A DNA stretch of 64,000 nucleotides, from positions 1-64,000 of the IMG/VR virus record IMGVR_UViG_3300028833_000111. One strand, written 5' to 3'. The position numbers were made by a program, and so were the translations under genes. The notes beneath the pieces are model-generated. The model searched no databases. It was not told the origin of the DNA and saw only the letters and a program-made list of their open reading frames with translations. Origin of the DNA: a virus. Lineage: Duplodnaviria; Caudoviricetes. Position 1 is the first letter of the stretch. The number at the start of each line of letters is the position of its first letter. This document shows, in pieces, positions 18,879 to 26,075 of the stretch.

Positions 18879-19649
18879 TTAATAGTCTTCATCTTCATCA
18901 TCTTCAAATCCACCTACATTTTCAAATTTTGGTTCGTAGAATAACTCAGGTTTACAATTAAGTCCTTTTTCAACTTTCTTTGTTTCTTGATTTATTTCAT
19001 TCATAAATAAATTAAGTTGTCTGTATTCTTCCATAGGTAGTAAAGGCTTATACTGAGTTTCATATGATTCTTTGTTTGTTTTCATAATGTCAGTAATTTT
19101 TGACCTTATGCTATCATATTTTGCCTTTTCTTTTGCAAATACAGGATTAAAAAAGAAGTCGTTCCAAATTGCAGGGTTTTGAAATAATTTTAAAACTGTT
19201 GTGTAAAAACAATGGAATTCATCGCCTCCACTTCCAGAATTTAAATCAGAATATTTCCAATCTTTTGTTCCAACCAATGAACGTGACCATTGATTGTCTA
19301 ATATGGCTAGATGTAATGGCCCGTTTGTTCTATCTGCTACATATGACAAATTTCTTAAAAATCCGCCACTTCCAAACATAAAATTGTTGAATTTTGACAA
19401 GTAAACTAAATATTCATTGCTGTGCTTGTTATATCCAACATTTTTCCAATCATTCCAAGCATCTTCCAACTCGTAATCTTTGTATCTGTCAGTATGAAGA
19501 TTTTCAATTTTTGCTAATTCTTGAAAGACTGGACTATAATCTGTTGTATGCCTACCACTTCCAAATACAGGTGCTTTTTGTATGGCTTCTTTTAAAATTT
19601 GTGATATAAATATATTTAATTTATTTTCTCTTATATTAATTTTTTTCAT
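18879..19649 (-). CDS. Hypothetical protein with MKKINIRE...ILKE leader (putative internal head protein)
   Basis: 256-aa ORF with the shared leader and an acidic tail FEDDEDEDY. Confidence 0.65.
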   Translation of the reverse strand: MKKINIRENKLNIFISQILKEAIQKAPVFGSGRHTTDYSPVFQELAKIENLHTDRYKDYELEDAWNDWKNVGYNKHSNEYLVYLSKFNNFMFGSGGFLRNLSYVADRTNGPLHLAILDNQWSRSLVGTKDWKYSDLNSGSGGDEFHCFYTTVLKLFQNPAIWNDFFFNPVFAKEKAKYDSIRSKITDIMKTNKESYETQYKPLLPMEEYRQLNLFMNEINQETKKVEKGLNCKPELFYEPKFENVGGFEDDEDEDY

Positions 19650-19661
19650 AATGTATCTAAA

Positions 19662-20678
19662 TTAAAAATCTTCATCGTCATCTTCTACTTGGTTCTTTAT
19701 ATTTGCCAAGAATCTGCCAAATAAATCTAGCCTACAAATAAATTTACCATCTGAATAGTAAACATAAAACGTATTTGTTTTTTGGTCTAATTTTAAAATG
19801 AAAGTTTCACCATCAACAACAACATTTGCTCTTCCTTGATTTGAGAACGTATCCGGAGCGTAATCAAACCAAACAGGGCTAATTACTCCTTGTGACAATG
19901 GTTTTTTCCTATATAAGAAATTATATTTGCCATCTTTTTTAACTTTTGCAAAACCATTTATGAAATAGTATGGAACTTCATCTAGTTCTTTCATAAGTTG
20001 GTAATTATGTTTACCAAGTTGCCATCTTAAGTCAACATCATCAATACCAAATTCTTGCATTGTTTTGCTTCCTTCAAATGGCTTCCAAGTTCTTCCACAG
20101 TCATTGCTTATTTCAACAGGGTATGCGTTTTTAAAGTCTTTAATAAAGCAAACCCAACCATCGTGGTTTCCTGAGAATATAAAGCCATTAATTTTATACA
20201 TTGCTTCTGGGTCATTATATCTCAAGTATTCGCATAAAGCAAGAGCACAAGTACTTGTTGTAAGAGTACCGTTAGTATTTATGTATTTTGAATAATAGTA
20301 ATCTTTCTTAATCTTTTCAAAAGAATTAGGAGAAAGGATTTTCTTTAATTGAAATTCAACACTTGGGTTTCCATAAACCTTTATAGCAATATCAGGGTCA
20401 TAAATAATGAAGTCTTTTAAACTCTTAACCTTTAATTTGAACATCATATTACCATATACACCTCTCGCATTCTGTCCTTGTGTTGAAAGTTTGTAAGTGC
20501 TATATATTCCTGCTCCATACATATTACCACCTCTAGAACCAGTAAAGAATCTCTCAAAACCAAGTTTGCTTATTCCTTCCTCTGCTGTTGGTGATGTTCC
20601 ATGATAAACGTAGAAGCCACCATCCCTTTCAAATTCTTCCTTTAATAATTTATCTGTTATTTTTCCAAACAATTTCAT
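19662..20678 (-). CDS. PARP/diphtheria-toxin-like (H-Y clade) ADP-ribosyltransferase with C-terminal WG-like repeats
   Basis: YVYHGTS....I...GF...GNMYGAGIYST...YG..MFKLKV; later FINGFAKVKKDGKYNFL and FSNQGRANV (WG-repeat-like). Confidence 0.75.
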   Translation of the reverse strand: MKLFGKITDKLLKEEFERDGGFYVYHGTSPTAEEGISKLGFERFFTGSRGGNMYGAGIYSTYKLSTQGQNARGVYGNMMFKLKVKSLKDFIIYDPDIAIKVYGNPSVEFQLKKILSPNSFEKIKKDYYYSKYINTNGTLTTSTCALALCEYLRYNDPEAMYKINGFIFSGNHDGWVCFIKDFKNAYPVEISNDCGRTWKPFEGSKTMQEFGIDDVDLRWQLGKHNYQLMKELDEVPYYFINGFAKVKKDGKYNFLYRKKPLSQGVISPVWFDYAPDTFSNQGRANVVVDGETFILKLDQKTNTFYVYYSDGKFICRLDLFGRFLANIKNQVEDDDEDF

Positions 20679-20685
20679 ATTGATA

Positions 20686-22179
20686 TTATTTTAATAAATT
20701 ATTAAAAATTTTAATGAATGATTCTCTAACGTTGTTCATCATTGCTTCTGCTTCTTGTTCTGTATTTGGTAATGCCTTATATTCTTCAACTGACATTCCT
20801 ATTGCGTTAAGCATCCACAATAATGTGCTATTGCTTACAGATTCAGTGATGCCATAAATTAGGTTAACTATATTTTCAAAATCTGAGCCAATGGCGTGGA
20901 ACACTGTTTTATTTAAACCTCCATAAGTTTTCAATTGACTCATGTTATTCATTAACAATCTGTCAGAATAGTCAGTATCAATTTGAAGCCTCTTTAAAAC
21001 AAAAGCAACCAAAACGCCTTTGTAAAGTTTTTTCTTGTTTTCATCAACCTCACGTAAAATTGTTTTTGAATTATCAGCAAGATATTCAATTGATTTTGTT
21101 ATTACGTTTCCTCCTGATTTTAATATATTTATTAAATTGGTATCGTTGGTTTTAACAGCGTGCGCTTCAAGGTTTTTAATAATTTCAGCATCAGACTTTT
21201 TGTTACCTGCACCAGTTGCTGCTGCTAATATATCTCCCCTCTTTTCATCTTCTGCTTTGTCTTTATCAGTATCAAAGTTACCATTGTTCATGTTGTCAAA
21301 ATCATAGTTACTTTGAGCACCTTGCTGCAAAACAGTTTCGCTATAGTCATAATAAGGGCTTATGCCATTTAATCCAAATTTGGTATTATTATATTGGCCG
21401 TAATCTTTATCGTTTGTGAGCGTATCAATTTGCTTTTGTATCATAGGATTTGAATCATATTGTGCCTGTGATACGCCATAGTCTTTCATGGTTTGTTTAA
21501 TGCTTCTGTGAACAACATCTTTAGGGTTTACAATATATAAAGGAGTAGCTCCAGGAACAACGTCTCTATTAAAGAATTTTGACCACTGTCTCTTTGTCGC
21601 CAAATAAGTAGGTTGCCCTCCTTTTCCAGCGTTAACCCACTGCGAAAGTACCATACATGTGTTTTTATAAGATAACTTTGTTACCTTACTTAATACATCG
21701 TCACCAACATATTGGATACTACCAACAGCATTAACGTAGCTTAAGAATTTAGGGTCGTTAAGGTTTTCTTCCATTGCCTTGATAATATCATCAATGAAAG
21801 AAGCGTTATCTGCATATATCTTACTTGATGCATCACTATTCAACACGTTTTGAACCTCTTGTTCAACGTTTGCTTCTAGAGCATTTAAATTGTTAATGTC
21901 ATATACATATCCACACTGCTCAAATGCATCCAAAATTCTTGGAAACATTTTTTTGCCATATATAAAGTCCTTATACTTATCAAGTTTTACTGCTTTAATA
22001 ACAGAATCACCATCTGCTTTAAGTCCTTTTGCTACACCTGAACCAGCAACAAGGTTTGCAGTCTTTTCGTCTGAATCAAAATAAAATAGAACGTGAGGCT
22101 CTATTTTAGTTGTTCCATCTTGTGATGTTACTTTATAGTTTGGTATATATGCAGCACCTATTTTTAATAATTTTGCCAT
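20686..22179 (-). CDS. Protein with central ArdC-N-like ssDNA-binding domain
   Basis: LSYKNTCMVLSQ...PTYLATKRQWSKFFNRDVVPGATPLYIVNP matches the ArdC-N pattern YS..N..L...Q...T.VA...QW....R.V..G...I.I..P. Confidence 0.6.
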   Translation of the reverse strand: MAKLLKIGAAYIPNYKVTSQDGTTKIEPHVLFYFDSDEKTANLVAGSGVAKGLKADGDSVIKAVKLDKYKDFIYGKKMFPRILDAFEQCGYVYDINNLNALEANVEQEVQNVLNSDASSKIYADNASFIDDIIKAMEENLNDPKFLSYVNAVGSIQYVGDDVLSKVTKLSYKNTCMVLSQWVNAGKGGQPTYLATKRQWSKFFNRDVVPGATPLYIVNPKDVVHRSIKQTMKDYGVSQAQYDSNPMIQKQIDTLTNDKDYGQYNNTKFGLNGISPYYDYSETVLQQGAQSNYDFDNMNNGNFDTDKDKAEDEKRGDILAAATGAGNKKSDAEIIKNLEAHAVKTNDTNLINILKSGGNVITKSIEYLADNSKTILREVDENKKKLYKGVLVAFVLKRLQIDTDYSDRLLMNNMSQLKTYGGLNKTVFHAIGSDFENIVNLIYGITESVSNSTLLWMLNAIGMSVEEYKALPNTEQEAEAMMNNVRESFIKIFNNLLK

Positions 22180-22197
22180 AATGTTTTATATTATATT

Positions 22198-23046
22198 TTA
22201 AGGATGTCTACGATTTCTATTCCTATTATTTTGTTGCTGTTGGTTATCTCTTCTTTGTATTGCTTTAGCAAATCTGGCTGCTTGTGCATCATATCCATTT
22301 GGCTTAAGTGAAGCATAAAGAAGAGTAGGCTTATCAATTTCAACACTTACTTTAGCGTTGTTTTTATAGAATTGGCTCAATCCATTAAGATTACCATTAA
22401 TAGGTGTGAAATCAAGTTTTTTAGCATCATCTTTGTTTGGAAGAATAACGTGTAAGCCATTATTCATACTTCTATATGCAAATAAAGGCGTAATGCCAGC
22501 GTCTTGAATAATCTTCATTGCCAAACTAATGTCGTTGAAATCATCAGAATCAATATCAACGAAGCATAAAGGTCTATCTGGGGCATCAAAACTTCTTCCA
22601 GCGGCATATGCCATAGGATTATTGCCAAAATGTTGCGCCATTCTCCTATTCTTAGCAAATCTGTCAGAGTAAATCTTTGTGTATTTGTCAATCATTGCTT
22701 TTGAGCGTGCATTAAGATATATGTAAGCCCTTGCTCCTAATTGCTGACAAAGAGTTTTAATAGAAGCCTCTGCATTGTTAAACTCGTTCTCATCTTTAAA
22801 GTAGAATTGCTTGATGAATTGGCGTGAATCTAGCATATCAGGATTGTCCTTCTTACGTTTAATAAGTTCAACGAAATAAATTGTATCTCCAGGTTTCGTG
22901 AACTGTATAATTTCTCTTACATTTTGGAAATTATCAATCTCAACAGTACCATCTGGAGCTTCTGTTCTATCTTCGCCAATCATTTCATTGATAGATTGTC
23001 TTAAAGCATTTTTTATGATAGATTCAGTTATAATAACGTTTTTCAT
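22198..23046 (-). CDS. AEP (primase-polymerase) superfamily-like protein with N-terminal ITES...INE leader
   Basis: LCFVDIDSDD (motif I, hhDhD) and YRSMNNGLHVIL (motif II, S..G.H). Basic C-terminal tail. Confidence 0.6.
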   Translation of the reverse strand: MKNVIITESIIKNALRQSINEMIGEDRTEAPDGTVEIDNFQNVREIIQFTKPGDTIYFVELIKRKKDNPDMLDSRQFIKQFYFKDENEFNNAEASIKTLCQQLGARAYIYLNARSKAMIDKYTKIYSDRFAKNRRMAQHFGNNPMAYAAGRSFDAPDRPLCFVDIDSDDFNDISLAMKIIQDAGITPLFAYRSMNNGLHVILPNKDDAKKLDFTPINGNLNGLSQFYKNNAKVSVEIDKPTLLYASLKPNGYDAQAARFAKAIQRRDNQQQQNNRNRNRRHP

Positions 23047-23061
23047 CTAATTTAATTTTTA

Positions 23062-23075
23062 TATAAATATTTATA
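23062..23075. promoter_or_regulatory. Palindromic TATAAATATTTATA: back-to-back putative late promoters
   Basis: Perfect 14-bp palindrome giving TATTTATA on each strand between divergent starts 23046(-) and 23098(+). Confidence 0.6.
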
Positions 23076-23097
23076 AGTAATAAATAAGTTAGGTAAA

Positions 23098-24258
23098 ATG
23101 CAAATTACACAAGAACTAAGGGATTTGTTCAGAATTGTAAGAACAAAAATAGGTGCTCCTATAAGAATTGTACAGTTAGAAGATGAACAGTTGTGTGACC
23201 TTCTTGAAGTTGCTGTTGGAGATTATGCATCATATGTTCAGAACTGGGTAATCGAATCTCAATGGCTTAATATGATGGGTAATAATACGCTCATCAATAA
23301 CCCTGCTGACCTTGCCTTTGCACTAAGCACAAGAACTCTTGATTGGTCTCGTGATTGGTCTGAATGGTTTTCAAAAGAAGTTGGTTTGCAGCAGAGAGGT
23401 ACAAAATGGGAATTAAAGAAAGATTTCTTCCAAATTGAAAAAGGAAAGCAAGTATATGTAATTCCTGCTGGTAGAGAAATTAACAAGGTTATGTACATTA
23501 CTCCTTCAACAACAAAGGCTGCATTGTATGGTAACTTGGGTACACTTGATACAGGTATTGCAGGAGGATATGGACAATATGGTAATATGGGTAATGGTAT
23601 GGGAATTACTGGATTCTATATCGGTTCATCATATGATACAGCACTTATGGCTGCTGACTTAAAATATAAGAATTCATTGCTTCGTGGCGATTTGGCTTAT
23701 CAAGTAACAGCTGGCCCAAATGGTACTCACCTCGTACACTTGTTATCAACCCCAGGTTCTCCAAATATGGTTGGCGGTCTTGCTGCTGATGACACTTGGG
23801 GATGGAATAGATACCATTCTTGCTATTGTTGGTACACATACTATGACGTATCTACCGATGGAGATAATACGGCTGAACAGTGTATGCTAGATAATAAGGA
23901 TTCAATTCTTATTACCCCTGACCAAGTGCCTTTGAATAAAATGAGATATGAATTATTTAACGAACCAACACAGCAAACTGTAAGACAGTTGCTTGTAGCA
24001 GAGGCTATGATTACGCTTGGTATCATTCGTGGTACATACAGTGGAGCAGTTAAGATTCCAGAAGCAGAAATGCAGATGGACTATAATATGTTGCTTGACC
24101 TTGGTAAACAAGATAAGGATAGAGTATTGAATGAATTGAAGGAAAGACTTGATAGAATGCTTCCTTGGAATTTGATGAAGAATCAGGCAGATATGAACGA
24201 TAGTTTATTAAAAGTTTTACAAATGAAGCCAATGCCTTTCAATTTTATGGTAAGATAA
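23098..24258 (+). CDS. Neck / head-tail adaptor protein (T4 gp13-like)
   Basis: R.KIGAP..IVQLEDEQL.D...A N-terminus; C-terminal A.AM..LG.IRG.YSG...P......D...L...G......L.EL. Confidence 0.75.
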   Translation: MQITQELRDLFRIVRTKIGAPIRIVQLEDEQLCDLLEVAVGDYASYVQNWVIESQWLNMMGNNTLINNPADLAFALSTRTLDWSRDWSEWFSKEVGLQQRGTKWELKKDFFQIEKGKQVYVIPAGREINKVMYITPSTTKAALYGNLGTLDTGIAGGYGQYGNMGNGMGITGFYIGSSYDTALMAADLKYKNSLLRGDLAYQVTAGPNGTHLVHLLSTPGSPNMVGGLAADDTWGWNRYHSCYCWYTYYDVSTDGDNTAEQCMLDNKDSILITPDQVPLNKMRYELFNEPTQQTVRQLLVAEAMITLGIIRGTYSGAVKIPEAEMQMDYNMLLDLGKQDKDRVLNELKERLDRMLPWNLMKNQADMNDSLLKVLQMKPMPFNFMVR

Positions 24259-24262
24259 TTTC

Positions 24263-24296
24263 AAAAAAGAGTGGTTTTTTTAGTCACTCTTTTTTT
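24263..24296 (+). terminator. Intrinsic terminator
   Basis: aaaaaagagtg...cactctttttt after the neck gene. Confidence 0.75.
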
Positions 24297-24323
24297 GTTT
24301 TTTAACAATTTTTTGTATATTTG
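24294..24323 (+). promoter_or_regulatory. Bacteroidota-type promoter (TTTG / TATATTTG)
   Basis: TTTG 24294-24297, 18-nt spacer, TATATTTG 24316-24323; near-identical to the 14346 promoter. Confidence 0.7.
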
Positions 24324-24337
24324 TAAAAAGTACATGT

Positions 24338-24994
24338 ATGATTAGTAATAGAAAAAATGATATGGCTGTAGAAAGAGAGATTGCAGCATTTTTAGATAAG
24401 AATTTATATGAAAATAAAGAACTTTTTACAGAATATGCCAGAACAGATGGAAAAGAAGAGCAACTTTCAGGCTCTGATTTACTTTTAAGCACCACAAATG
24501 GTAAATTAAATCGTTCAGTTATTGATGAAAAGGTTGCAAAAAATTACGCTAATAAAATTCTTAACACTTTTTCACTAGAATTATCATTTTTGAGTAAAAA
24601 TGGTTTAAAAAGGTGCGGATGGCTGATTGATACAACAAAAAAAACAGAATATTACCTATTTGGGTGGATTTTAGAGGCTGATATACCTTATATAGAGAGT
24701 AAAGAATGGTACGATACAGATAAAATTGACAGAAATAATATCAAAAAACTAGAATGGGCGTTAGTGAAGCGTGATAAGATAATGAAATTTTTAGAAGAAC
24801 GTGGTTGGACTCTTGAAATGTTGGCAAAACAAGACGAACAAATTAGAAAAAGAGGGTTTGTTAAAACAAAAGAATTTATAAATGATGTTCGTTTTAGTTA
24901 TAGTGATGCTTATATTGAAAAGCCAATCAATTTACTACTAAAAAAAGAGACTTATCTGAAATTAAGCGAACTAAATGGTATAATAAATGGCTAA
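24338..24994 (+). CDS. Putative PD-(D/E)XK nuclease-fold protein
   Basis: E.EI...LD...EQLSGSDLLL...VIDEK pattern. Confidence 0.45.
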   Translation: MISNRKNDMAVEREIAAFLDKNLYENKELFTEYARTDGKEEQLSGSDLLLSTTNGKLNRSVIDEKVAKNYANKILNTFSLELSFLSKNGLKRCGWLIDTTKKTEYYLFGWILEADIPYIESKEWYDTDKIDRNNIKKLEWALVKRDKIMKFLEERGWTLEMLAKQDEQIRKRGFVKTKEFINDVRFSYSDAYIEKPINLLLKKETYLKLSELNGIING

Positions 24995-25382
24995 AAAAGC
25001 AGAAAAAAAAGAAAACTTTAAAGTAGTAATCGCTGGTTCAAGAGGATTTAGTAATTACAAGTTACTTTATGAAAAATGTAATGATATTTTGCGTGAAAAA
25101 AGCAAAACTCACAATATAATTGTTGTAAGCGGACACGCAAAAGGTGCTGATACTCTTGCTGAAAAGTATGCTAATGATAAGGGGTTTGACCTGGAGATAT
25201 ACCCAGCTGATTGGAAGAAATTAGGAAAGTCGGCAGGGTTCAGAAGAAATGAACAAATGGCTGAAGTTGCTGATGGATTGATTGCTTTTTGGGATGGGAA
25301 GTCTCACGGAACACAGCACATGATTAAAATTGCAGGAGAAAAAGGAATTAATACAAGAGTCGTGAAATATTTGGAATTATGA
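24987..25382 (+). CDS. YspA/DUF2493 SLOG-family protein
   Basis: VVIAGSRGF, VVSGHAKGADTLAEKYA, PADW...GKSAGFRRNEQM, AFWDGKSHGT.HMI. Confidence 0.85.
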   Translation: MAKKAEKKENFKVVIAGSRGFSNYKLLYEKCNDILREKSKTHNIIVVSGHAKGADTLAEKYANDKGFDLEIYPADWKKLGKSAGFRRNEQMAEVADGLIAFWDGKSHGTQHMIKIAGEKGINTRVVKYLEL

Positions 25383-25624
25383 TTGAAGAATATGATTTGA
25401 TAAAACATATAGACAAAAATGTAGGTTCCAATGGCTATTCTCACGATAAAATTTATATGTATTTTGGAACGTGTAGAATGAAAGACATTTCAACTGATAA
25501 ATGGTATAATGCTTGTATGTACAGAGAGTGGAGCAAAGAAGCAGACAATACTATAGGAGATACGTTTGTGAAAGAAAAAGAATCATTTGAAAAAGAGTTT
25601 AAAGTTTATGAAGCAAAAATATAA
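25379..25624 (+). CDS. Small hypothetical protein (DUF1653-like)
   Basis: Y.Y.G....D.....ACMY........FV.E...F...F pattern. Confidence 0.45.
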   Translation: MIEEYDLIKHIDKNVGSNGYSHDKIYMYFGTCRMKDISTDKWYNACMYREWSKEADNTIGDTFVKEKESFEKEFKVYEAKI

Positions 25625-25813
25625 GTATGAAAGTTATAATTATTCTATCATAGGAATAAAAAAATATCTAAAAGTTACATACTCCCCGACAACATTGGGA
25701 GATATACGTGCATTCATAACATTGATGCCGAAAGAGAGTTAACGGCAATGCTTTCAGGGAAAATAGCAGCAGAAATAGACAGACAAATTTTAGAATATTT
25801 AAATTATGAATAA
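25608..25813 (+). pseudogene. Frameshifted mini-gene homologous to a segment of a gp23-type major capsid protein
   Basis: Frame 0 from ATG 25608: MKQKYKYESYNYSIIGIKKYLKVTYSPTTLGDIRAF (stop 25740-25742). The -1 frame from 25715 reads HNIDAERELTAMLSGKIAAEIDRQILEYLNYE* (stop 25811-25813). Not listed in the ORF track. Confidence 0.7.
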
Positions 25814-26075
25814 ATTTAAGTTTGAAAAATACAATTATTCAAGTGTTTTAAAGAAAAAATTACATTATAGATATATTGTATCAAATATTGAGTATGAATC
25901 ACGTAGGACTTTGTTTGGCGAAACTGATAAAGATATTCTGAAAGACTATATGGATTTAATGAAAAAATATTGTAATCAAAAAAAGTTTGAAGATTTTGAT
26001 GTAGAATTAGAAGCCGAAATAATTATGCCTCATAAAACATATAAATTTAATGAAACAAATTGTAAAAAAGAGTAG
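25806..26075 (+). CDS. Hypothetical protein
   Basis: 89 aa; N-terminus KFKFEKYNYS resembles KYKYESYNYS of the preceding mini-gene. Confidence 0.6.
   Translation: MNKFKFEKYNYSSVLKKKLHYRYIVSNIEYESRRTLFGETDKDILKDYMDLMKKYCNQKKFEDFDVELEAEIIMPHKTYKFNETNCKKE

Noticed and set aside
25627-25659. Alternative ATG 25627 with TAG read-through as the gene filling the 25624-25806 gap
   Set aside because: That frame hits TAG after 8 codons and TAA two codons later; the 25608 start with a -1 shift explains the gap better.
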